Shown: positions 48,207 to 58,569, numbered from the stretch's first letter. The stretch is DNA of 64,000 bases from an uncultured Oscillospiraceae bacterium (GCA_934573735.1 CAKTMC010000001.1:24689-88688); one strand, 5' to 3'. Translations and numbers: made by a program. The notes: a model not told the origin generated them from the sequence alone.

Positions 48207-49261
48207 TGCTCCTTATCGTTTTCAATAAGCTCTATAAGCGCGTCGCAGAGGCGCTCATAGGGATATGTACCGAGCACCTGCCCCTTTTTGAACAGTATGC
48301 CCTTGCCCTTGCCGCCTGCAATGCCGTAGTCGGCCTCGCGCGCCTCGCCGGGACCGTTTACGACGCAGCCCATGACCGCGACCGTGATATCCCGGTCAAG
48401 CCCTCTGACCCGCTCCTCCACCTGCTTTGCAAGGGATATCAGGTCAATTTCCGTCCTGCCGCAGGTCGGGCAGGAGACGAACTTCACGCCGCCGGAGCGA
48501 AGCCCCGCCGCCTTAAGTATCGCCATTCCGGCTGCGACCTCGCGCACGGGGTCCGCCGTGAGGGAGACGCGAATGGTATCGCCTATGCCCTCGCATAGAA
48601 GCGTCCCGATGCCGACGGCGGACTGTATCGTCCCGTTCCACTCCGTACCCGTCTCGGTCACGCCGAGATGCAGTGGATATGGGAAAATCTCCGCCGCCAT
48701 ACGATAGCTTGCTATTGTCAGCGGCACGGAGGAGGTCTTGAGCGACAGGCAAATATCGTCAAAGCCGAATTTATTGAGAAGCTCTATATGTCCTCTCGCG
48801 CTCTCGACCATTGCCTCCGGGCAGGGGTGCCCGTACTTTTCCAAAAGCCGAGCCTCAAGGCTGCCCGCGTTGACGCCGATGCGTATCGGGATATTACGCG
48901 CAGCGCAGGCCTCCGCCACGGCTCTGACGTTTTCCTCCCCGCCGATATTGCCGGGATTTATGCGTATCTTATCAATGCCGCGCGCCGCCGCCTCAAGCGC
49001 AAGGCGGTAATCAAAGTGAATATCGGCGACAAGCGGCATATCGACGCGCTCCTTTATAGCCGATATTGCGCGGGCAGACTCCATATCCGGCACCGCGACG
49101 CGGACTATATCGCAGCCTGCGGCGGCAAAGGCGCGTATCTGCGCCACCGTCGCCTCGACGTCCCATGTTCTGGTGTTGCACATCGACTGGACGGAGACCT
49201 GTGCCCCGCCGCCGACGGCAAGACCGCCTACGTTTATCTGTTTTGTATTTTCTCTTTTCAT
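48203..49261 (-). CDS. ispG: 4-hydroxy-3-methylbut-2-en-1-yl diphosphate synthase (flavodoxin)
   Basis: 352 aa; TIM-barrel N-terminus, C-terminal 4Fe-4S Cys ligands (CPTCGR...C). Confidence 0.9.
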   Translation of the reverse strand: MKRENTKQINVGGLAVGGGAQVSVQSMCNTRTWDVEATVAQIRAFAAAGCDIVRVAVPDMESARAISAIKERVDMPLVADIHFDYRLALEAAARGIDKIRINPGNIGGEENVRAVAEACAARNIPIRIGVNAGSLEARLLEKYGHPCPEAMVESARGHIELLNKFGFDDICLSLKTSSVPLTIASYRMAAEIFPYPLHLGVTETGTEWNGTIQSAVGIGTLLCEGIGDTIRVSLTADPVREVAAGMAILKAAGLRSGGVKFVSCPTCGRTEIDLISLAKQVEERVRGLDRDITVAVMGCVVNGPGEAREADYGIAGGKGKGILFKKGQVLGTYPYERLCDALIELIENDKEQ

Positions 49262-50319
49262 CAGCCTGTCACTATCCTGATAATATCATTGAACATAACA
49301 AAGACCATCAGCGCCAGCAGCAGCACCATGCCCGCGGCGTGAATATAGCCCTCGTACTTCGGGTTGAGCTTTTTGCGTGTTATCGCTTCTATAATACAGG
49401 TTATGAGCAGCAGGAAAACTCTGCCGCCGTCAAGCGCCGGTATGGGCAGCATATTCATAATGGCAAGGTTTACGGCGATAAATGCGCCCAGATAGAAAAT
49501 ACTGAACATCGCATCGCCGACCGACGCCGCCTTCTCGCCCGTCTCCGCCATCATATCGACAATGCCGACGGGTCCTGCCATGTCCTTGACTCCGACGTTG
49601 CCGCTGAACAGCTCCGAAAGACCGAGCCAGACCCAGCGTGAAAACTCCATACAGGTGTTCCATGTATTTTCAAGCTTTGCGCCGAGCGTCGCCCTCTCGA
49701 CTCCGAACTGGAAGCCGTACATCTTGCTCTCGTAGCCCTCATACTCAAGCGGCACAAGCTCAAAATCCTCAAGCTTCACCTTCTTGCCGTCGCGGATGAC
49801 TACGATATCATAGCTTCCGTCGCCCTTGGAGATGAAGTCTGACACATCGTAATACTGGTATATCCTGTGCCCGTCGATGCTGTAAATGCGGTCGCCCTGC
49901 TGAAAGCCCTCGGCGCTCTCATAGGGGCAGCCCTCGATAAAGCCGGCAAGCACCGGCACACGGAAGGCCTGAGCATTTGCGTAGAGGCAGGCGACGATAA
50001 CAAAGCCCAGCACGAAGTTCATAAACGAGCCTGCTGCAAGGATTATCACGCGCTTCCACGCAGCCTGATTTGTAAAGGCGCGCGGATCCTTCGACTCCTC
50101 GTCCTCGCCCGTCATGGCGCAGAAGCCTCCGAAGGGGATACAGCGCAGGGAATAGGTCGTCTCGCCCTTCTGCTTTTTGAATATGGCGGGGCCCATGCCT
50201 ACCGCAAACTCCTCCACGCGCACGCCGCAGGCCTTTGCAGCCGCGAAATGACCAAGCTCGTGGATGATGATAAGCACGCCGAAGATTAAAACCGCTATGA
50301 GGATATAGAGAATTGTCAT
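49261..50319 (-). CDS. rseP: RseP-family site-2 zinc metalloprotease
   Basis: HELGH zinc motif in the first TM, PDZ domain, LDGG motif. Confidence 0.9.
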   Translation of the reverse strand: MTILYILIAVLIFGVLIIIHELGHFAAAKACGVRVEEFAVGMGPAIFKKQKGETTYSLRCIPFGGFCAMTGEDEESKDPRAFTNQAAWKRVIILAAGSFMNFVLGFVIVACLYANAQAFRVPVLAGFIEGCPYESAEGFQQGDRIYSIDGHRIYQYYDVSDFISKGDGSYDIVVIRDGKKVKLEDFELVPLEYEGYESKMYGFQFGVERATLGAKLENTWNTCMEFSRWVWLGLSELFSGNVGVKDMAGPVGIVDMMAETGEKAASVGDAMFSIFYLGAFIAVNLAIMNMLPIPALDGGRVFLLLITCIIEAITRKKLNPKYEGYIHAAGMVLLLALMVFVMFNDIIRIVTG

Positions 50320-51464
50320 TTTGAATAATGCTCCCTGACAAAGGCTCTGGCGGCGGCATCCGCTGCCAGAATGGTCTCAAGATCTGCCTCCTGCGCACTG
50401 CCGAGCGCATCAACAGCGGCGGCGGCGCAGTCATAAATTCTGTTATAGCCCAGCTTATGCTGCAAAAACAGCCCGACCGCGACCTCGTTTGCCGCGCTCA
50501 TCACGCAGGGCACGGTGCCTCCCGCTCTTGCAGCGTCCATAGCAAGACGCAGGCAGGGGGTCTTTTCGTAGTCCGGCGCCTCAAAGCTGAGATCCTTCAG
50601 CCTCCGGAAGTCGAGCCTGTCAAACATCGACTCGCGGCGCTCCGGATATGTCAGCGCAAGCTGAATGGGAAGCCCCATGTCCGGCACGCCGAGCTGGGCG
50701 ATGACCGTACCGTCAACAAGCTCTACCATAGAGTGTATGACGCTCTGCGGGTGTATTACCACCTCAATATCATCCGGAGTCACGCCGAAAAGATGCATGG
50801 CCTCGATAAATTCAAGCCCCTTGTTCATCATCGTTGCGCTGTCAACGGATATCTTTGCGCCCATGCTCCAGTTGGGATGCTTTACCGCCTGCTCGGGAGT
50901 GACCTCCTCAAGCTCGGCGCGCGCCCTGCCTCTGAACGGACCGCCGGAGCCGGTGAGCAATATTTTTCTCAGCTCATCCCTGCCGCGCCCCATAAGGCAC
51001 TGGAATATCGCGGAATGTTCGGAATCGACCGGGACTATCTCCGCGCCCTTTTCCTTGGCGCGGCGCATGACGATGCTGCCGGCGCAGACAAGCGTTTCCT
51101 TGTTTGCAAGCGCGATACGCTTTTTCTCGTCGATGGCGGCAAGCGTAGGCTTGAGTCCGACAGCGCCGGACACCGCCGTAACCACGCAGTCGCTCGAAGG
51201 GAGCGTTGCGGCCTCGATAAGCCCCGCCATGCCGGAGCCTACGCGGATATCGGTATCCGCAACGGCAATTTTGAACTGCCTTGCCGCGTCCTCGTCATAG
51301 ACCGCGACAAATTCCGGCTTTAATCTCCTCGCCTGCTCCTCGAGCATATCTATTTTTCTGTTCGCGGTCAGCGCCGAGACGCGCATACCGATATGCTCGG
51401 CAACCGCGATGGTCTGCCGTCCGATGGAGCCGGTGCAGCCCAGTATTGAAATGGAATTTACCAT
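50316..51464 (-). CDS. dxr: 1-deoxy-D-xylulose 5-phosphate reductoisomerase
   Basis: N-terminal NADPH motif LGCTGSIG, 382 aa. Confidence 0.9.
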   Translation of the reverse strand: MVNSISILGCTGSIGRQTIAVAEHIGMRVSALTANRKIDMLEEQARRLKPEFVAVYDEDAARQFKIAVADTDIRVGSGMAGLIEAATLPSSDCVVTAVSGAVGLKPTLAAIDEKKRIALANKETLVCAGSIVMRRAKEKGAEIVPVDSEHSAIFQCLMGRGRDELRKILLTGSGGPFRGRARAELEEVTPEQAVKHPNWSMGAKISVDSATMMNKGLEFIEAMHLFGVTPDDIEVVIHPQSVIHSMVELVDGTVIAQLGVPDMGLPIQLALTYPERRESMFDRLDFRRLKDLSFEAPDYEKTPCLRLAMDAARAGGTVPCVMSAANEVAVGLFLQHKLGYNRIYDCAAAAVDALGSAQEADLETILAADAAARAFVREHYSK

Positions 51465-51488
51465 GGCAATCCCTCTTTTTATCTTTCT

Positions 51489-52184
51489 TTATACGCGGAG
51501 AGTGCGCAGATATACCTTGTGCTCCGCGCTCACGCGATAGCTCTCCACAGCCTTTTGTATGCTCTTGTTATGCGTCCACGGCTCAAGGCGGCGCTGCTCG
51601 ATATAGGGCAGAAATTCCGCGTAGTTCAGGGCAAGCCCCGTGGCGAAGTACCACGCCTGCATCATGCGCAGATAATAGCCCTCGTCCCCGGTGAACTTAT
51701 CATTCCCCGCCGAGGCTGCCATATCCGCGTATTCCGTCCGGAAATCCGCTCCGAGATAGTGGCGCATGAGAAGATTTATCGCGTAGCGCCGCGTGTACAT
51801 ATGCTCGGACGAAATCCAGCGGCGAATGTTCCCCATAAGCTCCGTCTTATGCTTTGCAAAGACCTTGGGGCTGAGCTGGTCGCAGTTTGCCCAGTTATCG
51901 ATATAGGGCAAGTATCTCTCAAGCTCGCGCAGGCAGGCGGCATAATCCCCTATGCGCTCTATCAGAAAGCCGTGCAGAGCGTTTTCCTCAAGGTATTCGT
52001 GCGGCAGGGAGCGCATAAATTTCTCTGCCGCCTCCGTGCCGGAAAGCTCCCTTGCCATGGCGCGCAGCAGCGGAGTGCGCACACCGATGACCCGCTCGGG
52101 CGCTACGCCGGGCAGGAGCCTTGAGTTAAATCGCTGAAACTCCTCGTCCCGCAGGGCAAAGAGCCGATTTTGAAGCTCCGTCAC
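51489..52184 (-). CDS. DNA alkylation repair enzyme family protein (AlkD/AlkC-like HEAT-repeat glycosylase)
   Basis: 231 aa all-helical protein matching the PF08713 pattern (RTPLLRAMAREL, W..C.D.L, R.WI.S...Y.RR.A). ATGA overlap with the uppS stop. Confidence 0.65.
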   Translation of the reverse strand: MTELQNRLFALRDEEFQRFNSRLLPGVAPERVIGVRTPLLRAMARELSGTEAAEKFMRSLPHEYLEENALHGFLIERIGDYAACLRELERYLPYIDNWANCDQLSPKVFAKHKTELMGNIRRWISSEHMYTRRYAINLLMRHYLGADFRTEYADMAASAGNDKFTGDEGYYLRMMQAWYFATGLALNYAEFLPYIEQRRLEPWTHNKSIQKAVESYRVSAEHKVYLRTLRV

Positions 52185-52939
52185 GGATTTTTTACCCCGC
52201 CGTAGCGTCTGTCACGGTGCTTGAAGGCGGCAATGGCCTTATCAAGCTCATGCGGCGTGAAGTCCGGCCAGAGCACATCCGTGAAGTAAAACTCCGAATA
52301 CGCGCACTGCCAGAGCAGAAAGTTTGATATTCTCTGCTCTCCGCCCGGACGGATAAGCAGGTCGGGGTCGGGTATTCCGGCGGAATAGAGATAGCCGGAA
52401 AACTGCTCCTCGCTGAGCTCGCCCTCGGTCTTGCCCTCGGCAAAGTCGCGGGCATAGCTCTTTGCGGCATGGATTATCTCGTCGCGTCCGCCGTAATTGA
52501 GGCAAATATTTGCCTGAAAGCCCTGATAGCGCTCGGATATCTCGTTGGTCTTTGCAACAAGCTGCTGAAGCTCCGGGCTGAGCGCCGTTACGTCGCCGAA
52601 TACTCTCATGCGTATCTTGTCGCGCTCCATGGTGTCTATCGCTTCATGCAGATACTTTTCAAGCAGCTTCATGATGGACTTGACCTCGTCCTCGGGGCGC
52701 TTCCAGTTTTCGGTCGAGAAGGCGTAGACGGTGAGATAATCAACGCCGATGTCCTTGCAGTAGGTCGCAATTTTTCTGAAATTCTCTGAACCGGCGGCGT
52801 GTCCCGCGGTTCTCGGCAGACCGCGCTTTTTTGCCCAGCGGCCGTTGCCGTCAAGTATAATGGCAATATGGCGGGGAAGGCCGGATGTCTCCCGCTCCCC
52901 CGCCGTATTTCTCTTTTTGAACAAAGACATTTTCGTCAA
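52181..52939 (-). CDS. uppS: Isoprenyl transferase (undecaprenyl diphosphate synthase)
   Basis: HIAIILDGNGRWA catalytic motif and C-terminal RRYG. Confidence 0.9.
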   Translation of the reverse strand: MTKMSLFKKRNTAGERETSGLPRHIAIILDGNGRWAKKRGLPRTAGHAAGSENFRKIATYCKDIGVDYLTVYAFSTENWKRPEDEVKSIMKLLEKYLHEAIDTMERDKIRMRVFGDVTALSPELQQLVAKTNEISERYQGFQANICLNYGGRDEIIHAAKSYARDFAEGKTEGELSEEQFSGYLYSAGIPDPDLLIRPGGEQRISNFLLWQCAYSEFYFTDVLWPDFTPHELDKAIAAFKHRDRRYGGVKNP

Positions 52940-53487
52940 ATCTCGGTAAGCTCTTTTTCCTTGGCGGCGATTATCTTGTCTATCTCCTTGGAATAATCGT
53001 CGGTGAGCTTCTGGATATCCTTTTCGGCGTTCTTGTAATCATCCTCGGTTATCTCGGACGCCTTCTGCTGCTTCTTGAACTTTTCAATGGCCTCACGGCG
53101 GACGTTTCTTATGGCTACCTTGTATTCCTCGCCGTACTTCTTGGTCTGCTTGACAAGCTCCTTACGGCGCTCCTCGGTAAGCGGCGGGAACACGAGACGG
53201 ATCATGCGGCCGTCGTTCTGAGGATTGATGCCGAGATCGGAGGCAAGAATGGCTTTCTCGATGCCCTTGAGGATGCTTGCGTCCCAGGGCTGTATCAGCA
53301 GAGAGCGGGGGTCGGGAGTGGCGATGGACGCGACCTGCTGTATGGGCGTGGGAGAGCCGTAATAATCGACCTCTATCTGGTCGAGCACTGCGGCATTGGC
53401 ACGGCCGGCGCGGATAGTTGCGAGCTGAGTGCCGAGCGCTTCACAGGTCTTTTTCATCTTGGTTTCAAATTCTTTGTAGTCAGACAT
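52936..53487 (-). CDS. frr: Ribosome recycling factor
   Basis: 183 aa, typical RRF sequence; conserved frr-pyrH pairing. Confidence 0.9.
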   Translation of the reverse strand: MSDYKEFETKMKKTCEALGTQLATIRAGRANAAVLDQIEVDYYGSPTPIQQVASIATPDPRSLLIQPWDASILKGIEKAILASDLGINPQNDGRMIRLVFPPLTEERRKELVKQTKKYGEEYKVAIRNVRREAIEKFKKQQKASEITEDDYKNAEKDIQKLTDDYSKEIDKIIAAKEKELTEI

Positions 53488-53528
53488 GGTTTTACCTCCG
53501 TTTATGTTGATTATGTTGATTTAATTGC

Positions 53529-54245
53529 TTATTTAACCAGTGTGCCGAGCTTTTCTCCGCCGAGGACGCGGACAATATTCTCAGGCTCTGCCAGCGCAAA
53601 CACGATAACGGGGATGTCGTTATCCATGGCAAGGCTTGTCGCCGTGGTGTCCATGACCGCAAGATGGCGGGCAAGCACCTCGTCATAGCTTATCTCGTCG
53701 AACTTTACCGCGCTCGCGTCGGTTCTCGGGTCGGCGGAATATACGCCGTCTATGTTCTTTGCAAGCAGTATCGCATCGGCGTGTATCTCCGCCGCGCGCA
53801 GCACCGCCGCGGTATCGGTGGAAAAGAAGGGCGCGCCGCTGCCACCGGCAAAGAGGACTATCTCACCCTGCTGCATATACTCTATGCTCTTTCTCGTATC
53901 GTAGCGCTCGCCGACACCCATGATGTCAACCGAGGTCATGACCCGCGCCTTTGCGCCGAGCTGACGGAACACGTCGCAGACGGCAAGGCAGTTCATACAG
54001 GTTGCGAGCATACCCATTCTGTCCGCACTCACGCGCTCGACCTTGCCCGCGCCGTCCTTCACGCCGCGCCAGAAGTTGCCGCCGCCGATGACGATGCCGA
54101 CCTCGACGCCCATCTCGGCGCAGCGCTTGACCGTTTCACAGACTCTCGACACAAAATCGAAGTCAAAGCCGGTATGCTTATCCCCGGCAAGGGCCTCACC
54201 GCTGATTTTAAGTACCACACGCGTATAAACAGGCTTTTCCATCAT
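53529..54245 (-). CDS. pyrH: UMP kinase
   Basis: RVVLKISGEAL motif and GGGN loop; start trimmed to MMEKPVY to avoid an 11-bp overlap with the upstream gene. Confidence 0.9.
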   Translation of the reverse strand: MMEKPVYTRVVLKISGEALAGDKHTGFDFDFVSRVCETVKRCAEMGVEVGIVIGGGNFWRGVKDGAGKVERVSADRMGMLATCMNCLAVCDVFRQLGAKARVMTSVDIMGVGERYDTRKSIEYMQQGEIVLFAGGSGAPFFSTDTAAVLRAAEIHADAILLAKNIDGVYSADPRTDASAVKFDEISYDEVLARHLAVMDTTATSLAMDNDIPVIVFALAEPENIVRVLGGEKLGTLVK

Positions 54246-54258
54246 ATCTCTCCTTAAC

Positions 54259-55170
54259 TTATATATCAAGAATACCCATTATCACGATACCGACTACGAC
54301 CGTGAAGATGCAAAGATAATGCTTCTTGGAAAGCTTCTCCTTGAGGAATATACGACTCCAGACGACGGAGGCCACGCAGTAGGACGAAATTATCGGTGCG
54401 GCAAAGGCGACGTGCTCGGTGTCGGCAAGGGCGTAGATATAGAAGAACTGACCGATGGTCTCGAATATCGCGCCGGTGTACTTCGGCGCTTCCTGCTTTG
54501 CGACAAGGCGCTGCTTTTTCATGACCGTAACATAGAAGAGCGACACAAGACCTACAATGAAGAAGGTAAGCTCATAGGCGACGTTTGCGGAGTCCTCATT
54601 GATTATCTCCAAAACGCGGCTGTCGGCAAAGGTGCCGAGCGCGTCAAGCAGGCAATAGACTATCGGAATGAATATGGCGATCCAGCTCTTGGCATAGTGC
54701 CGGTTGCTCTCGTCCTGCCTTGCGCGGCGAAGCTCCTCGTCCTCGTTCGCCTCGGTAAAGCCGAGCCCGATAACGCCGATGCACACGAGCGCCACAGCGA
54801 CAAGCGCCACGGGCGGCACCTCATCGCCGATGCCGACGGTGATAATGGTCAGCACCGCGACCAATGCGCCGGAGCTGTTGCATATCGGGGAGGATATCGA
54901 AAGCTCGATATATCTAAGCCCCAGATATCCCACCGCCATCGACACTATATAGAGCGCCGAAACGGGCAGATATGTGAGAATAATGCTCAAATTTATCTCC
55001 ACGCCGCCGAAGAATATCTCATACGCCGCGTGAAGTCCCATCACGATACCGACTGCCGTGACCATTTTGAGATGAGAATACTTGTCCTTTTCATCCTGAC
55101 AGCCGATTTTTGAAAACAGGTCAGAGCCGCTCCAGCAGAGAAGCGCAATGACCGCAAACCAGAACCACAT
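54259..55170 (-). CDS. EamA/DMT-superfamily transporter
   Basis: 303 aa, 10 predicted TM helices in two repeats. Confidence 0.7.
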   Translation of the reverse strand: MWFWFAVIALLCWSGSDLFSKIGCQDEKDKYSHLKMVTAVGIVMGLHAAYEIFFGGVEINLSIILTYLPVSALYIVSMAVGYLGLRYIELSISSPICNSSGALVAVLTIITVGIGDEVPPVALVAVALVCIGVIGLGFTEANEDEELRRARQDESNRHYAKSWIAIFIPIVYCLLDALGTFADSRVLEIINEDSANVAYELTFFIVGLVSLFYVTVMKKQRLVAKQEAPKYTGAIFETIGQFFYIYALADTEHVAFAAPIISSYCVASVVWSRIFLKEKLSKKHYLCIFTVVVGIVIMGILDI

Positions 55171-55283
55171 GTTAAAAATTTTCCTTTCCTATATACAGAC
55201 TCCATTATATTTTACCACAGCTTCGTTCTTTTGACAATTCCTAATTGACAAATTATGCGCCCTGCGAAGCATATAATTAACGC

Positions 55284-56093
55284 ATGGAAGTTATCTACAT
55301 AGACAGTCTTTTCTTTCTCAATCTCGGCGTTGACTATCTCCTCTGCCTTGCCGCGGCGCGTATATGCGGGCTGTATCTCAAGCGCCTGCGCTATTTTCTC
55401 GCTTCTCTCCTCGGCGCGGGCTACTCGGTCGCGGTGCTTCTGCCGGGGCTCGGCTTCCTTGCGGCGTGGCCAGGGAAGCTCGGCGCGGCGCTTTTGATGT
55501 CGCTTATCGCCTACGGGAGCGAGAAGTCTCCCCTGCGCTGCTGCGCGGTATTTCTCGCCGTTGCCGCCGCCTTCGGAGGCGCGCTCTGGGCAATGTCGAT
55601 ATCCGCCGGCGCGGGTGGGGCAGTCTCGCTGTCTCTCGGCGTACTCATCCCGGCCTTCTCGCTGTGCTACATCGGACTGAGTCTCATCTTCCGCCGCCGC
55701 GCAAAGCTTGCGGATATGCCGCGTGCCGCCGTGGAGCTGAAGCTGCTCGGGCGTGAGGTGAGGTTTATGGCGCTGCTCGACTCCGGAAATTCTCTATGTG
55801 AGCCGGTGAGCGGTATGGAGGTCATGGTGGTATCGGCCCGCGCGCTTGCCCCGCTTTTCTCCGCCTACCCCGCCATGCTTGACGCCTCGGCGATAGAGCT
55901 AATGGAGCTGAGCGCCGCGATACCGGAGCTTGCGGGCAAATTCCGGCTCGTCCCCTACTCCGCTCTCGGCGGCTCGGGGCTGCTTGCCGCATTTCACCCG
56001 GATGCTCTCCATATCGACGGCAAGCCCTGCCCGCAGCTTCTTGCCGCTATATCCCGCGAGCTATCCGGCGAGGGCTTTGAGGCGATAATATGA
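55284..56093 (+). CDS. spoIIGA: Sigma-E processing peptidase SpoIIGA
   Basis: Polytopic N-terminal half, C-terminal aspartyl-protease-like block ALLDSGNSL (the DSGN motif); directly upstream of sigE. Confidence 0.8.
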   Translation: MEVIYIDSLFFLNLGVDYLLCLAAARICGLYLKRLRYFLASLLGAGYSVAVLLPGLGFLAAWPGKLGAALLMSLIAYGSEKSPLRCCAVFLAVAAAFGGALWAMSISAGAGGAVSLSLGVLIPAFSLCYIGLSLIFRRRAKLADMPRAAVELKLLGREVRFMALLDSGNSLCEPVSGMEVMVVSARALAPLFSAYPAMLDASAIELMELSAAIPELAGKFRLVPYSALGGSGLLAAFHPDALHIDGKPCPQLLAAISRELSGEGFEAII

Positions 56094-56105
56094 CTGTCAG
56101 GCTGA

Positions 56106-56846
56106 ATGTCAAAAGGAGTTATTATGTTATGTAAACCGCAAATCTTATTTCTCCGCGAGCGTATTCTGTCAATTCTCGGCTTTGAGCCGCCATCGGTTTT
56201 TTACATCGGCGGCAGCGACACACTGCCGCCGCCTCTGGAAAAGGACGAGGAGGACGCATACATCGCGGCTCTGGAAAGGGGCGAGGACAGCGCCCGACAT
56301 GAGCTTATCGAGCACAATCTCCGCCTTGTCGTATATATCTCAAAGCGATTTGAAAACACCGGCATAAACATTGAGGATCTTATATCCATCGGCACCATCG
56401 GGCTTATAAAGGCCGTGAACACCTTCAATTCAGGCAAGAAAATCAAGCTTGCGACCTACGCCTCTCGCTGCATTGAAAACGAGATACTAATGTATCTGCG
56501 CAAGATAAGCGCCCAGCGCACCGAGGTAAGCTTTGACGAGCCGCTGAACACCGACTGGGACGGCAACGAGCTGCTGCTGTCGGACATTTTGGGCACCGAC
56601 GAGGACGAGGTATCGCGTCCGCTTGAGGATGACGCAGACAGGCAGATGCTCATGGCGGCGATAGAATGTCTGAACGAGCGCGAAAAGGCGATAATACTCA
56701 TGCGCTTCGGGCTTTCCGGCTCCGGCGAGTACACCCAAAAGGAGGTCGCCGACATCATGGGCATCTCGCAAAGCTATATAAGCCGGCTCGAAAAAAGGAT
56801 AATCGACCGGCTGCGGCGCGAGATGCTGCGGCAAATGCAGTGCTAA
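56106..56846 (+). CDS. sigE: RNA polymerase sporulation sigma factor SigE (pro-sigma-E)
   Basis: Pro-sequence then [12 protein letters not shown], regions 2 and 4 ([27 protein letters not shown]; [21 protein letters not shown]). Confidence 0.9.
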   Translation: MSKGVIMLCKPQILFLRERILSILGFEPPSVFYIGGSDTLPPPLEKDEEDAYIAALERGEDSARHELIEHNLRLVVYISKRFENTGINIEDLISIGTIGLIKAVNTFNSGKKIKLATYASRCIENEILMYLRKISAQRTEVSFDEPLNTDWDGNELLLSDILGTDEDEVSRPLEDDADRQMLMAAIECLNEREKAIILMRFGLSGSGEYTQKEVADIMGISQSYISRLEKRIIDRLRREMLRQMQC

Positions 56847-56895
56847 AGCTATTGAAAACGAGGCTCCTATCTATTATAATATCCATATCTCTCCC

Positions 56896-57558
56896 ATGGA
56901 GGCAGATATGGATATTTTTGACCTCATCGGGCCGATAATGGTCGGTCCTTCAAGCTCACATACGGCGGGCGCCGTGCGTATAGGTCTTGTTACCCGGCGG
57001 CTGCTGGGGACTGAGCCTCTGCGCGCAGAGCTCCTGCTGCACGGCTCCTTTGCCGACACCGGGCGCGGTCACGGCACCGACCGGGCGCTTGTCGCGGGGC
57101 TATTAGGGATGGAGCCGGATGACGAGCGCATACCCGACAGCTTTGAGTACGCCCGGGAGCGCGGGCTGAAGTTTCATTTCGGCAGCTGCAATCTGCGCGA
57201 GGCGCACCCGAACAGCGTGCTGCTGCGCGTCGAGGGCGCGGACGGGCACGGCGTCGAGGTCGTGGGCGCGTCAATAGGCGGAGGGCGCATACAGATACGG
57301 CAGCTAAACGGTATGCCGCTATGCTTCTCCGCCGAGCAGCCGACGCTCATCGTCCGCAACGAGGATCAGCCGGGCAGTGTCGCGGATGTGTCGCGCCTGC
57401 TCGCCGAGCACGGGATAAACATCGCCACCTTTCAGGTAAACCGAAGCTCGCGCGGCGGCACGGCGGTAATGGTCATCGAGTGCGACGCGACGCTCAGCGA
57501 CGATATCGCAGAGGATATACGCCGCATCCCCGGAATTCTCAACGCGGTCTGCGTCTGA
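56896..57558 (+). CDS. sdaAB: L-serine dehydratase (Fe-S dependent), beta subunit with ACT domain
   Basis: GPSSSHTAG motif and C-terminal ACT-like domain. Confidence 0.85.
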   Translation: MEADMDIFDLIGPIMVGPSSSHTAGAVRIGLVTRRLLGTEPLRAELLLHGSFADTGRGHGTDRALVAGLLGMEPDDERIPDSFEYARERGLKFHFGSCNLREAHPNSVLLRVEGADGHGVEVVGASIGGGRIQIRQLNGMPLCFSAEQPTLIVRNEDQPGSVADVSRLLAEHGINIATFQVNRSSRGGTAVMVIECDATLSDDIAEDIRRIPGILNAVCV

Positions 57559-57586
57559 GCCATACTCGTAGAGCAAGGAGTTTGTC

Positions 57587-58468
57587 ATGTCTATTTTTTC
57601 ATCAGTTGAGGAGCTTTTGAGCGCGTGCGAGGCACAGGGCAAGCCGCTGTGGGAGCTTGTGATGGAGTATTCCGCGCGCGAAAGCGGGCTTTCCGTGGAG
57701 AAGTCGTGGAGTGAAATGTCGCGCAGGCTTGAGGCTATGCGTATGGCTGCCGCCTCGTATGAGCCGGAGCAGAGATCGCGCAGCGGTCTCAGCGGCGGCG
57801 ACGGCGCGAAAATGGAGCGCAGCTACCGCTCGGGCAGGTCGATAAGCGGGGATTTTATCGGTGAGATAATCGCCTCCGCCCTGCGAATGGGCGAGTGCAA
57901 CGCCTGTATGCACTGTATAGTTGCAGCGCCCACGGCGGGAGCCTGCGGAGTCATGCCCGCAGTGCTGCTGCCCTATGCTGAAAAATATAGCTGCCCGGAT
58001 GAGCGGCTTGTTCAGGCGCTTTTCGTTGCGGCGGGCTTCGGCGCGATTATTGCAAGCCGTGCGTCGATTTCCGGCGCGGAGGCGGGCTGTCAGGCTGAGA
58101 TCGGCTCCGCCTCGGCGATATCCGCAGCGGCGCTCGTATTTCTGCACGGCGGCAGCGCGGGGCAGATGGTGCAGGCGGCGGCGATGGCGCTCAAAAATAT
58201 GATGGGGCTCGTCTGCGACCCCGTGGCGGGACTGGTCGAGGTTCCCTGCGTCAAGCGAAACGTCGCGGGCGCAATGAACGCGCTCTCGGCGGCGGAGCTT
58301 GCGCTGGCGGGCATAGAGTCCCGCATCCCGGCGGACGAGGTCATTGACGCAATGCGCGCCGTGGGTGAGGCTTTGCCCTCAGCGCTGCGTGAGACGGGTC
58401 GCGGCGGTGTCGCGGCAAGCCCGACGGCGGTCGAGTTCAAAGAAAAATTTTTCGGCGCACAGTCTTGA
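57587..58468 (+). CDS. sdaAA: L-serine dehydratase (Fe-S dependent), alpha subunit
   Basis: Cys ligands (CMHC...C) and a Gly-rich C-terminal half typical of SdaAA. Confidence 0.85.
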   Translation: MSIFSSVEELLSACEAQGKPLWELVMEYSARESGLSVEKSWSEMSRRLEAMRMAAASYEPEQRSRSGLSGGDGAKMERSYRSGRSISGDFIGEIIASALRMGECNACMHCIVAAPTAGACGVMPAVLLPYAEKYSCPDERLVQALFVAAGFGAIIASRASISGAEAGCQAEIGSASAISAAALVFLHGGSAGQMVQAAAMALKNMMGLVCDPVAGLVEVPCVKRNVAGAMNALSAAELALAGIESRIPADEVIDAMRAVGEALPSALRETGRGGVAASPTAVEFKEKFFGAQS

Positions 58469-58492
58469 CTTTTTCGGAAAAAATATTACAAT
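58465..58492 (+). promoter_or_regulatory. Promoter TTGACT-N16-TACAAT overlapping sdaAA stop
   Basis: Good sigma-A-like hexamers about 60 bp upstream of an intrinsic terminator. Confidence 0.45.
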
Positions 58493-58532
58493 AGCAAGGA
58501 ACTGAATAGCGAAAAAACATCGTGCAGCGACA

Positions 58533-58569
58533 GCGTAAGTCCAGATATTCTCGGGCTTACGCTTTTTTG
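58533..58569 (+). terminator. Intrinsic terminator/attenuator hairpin with T6 tract between sdaAA and the MFS gene
   Basis: GCGTAAGTCC-loop-GGGCTTACGC followed by TTTTTTG. Confidence 0.6.
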
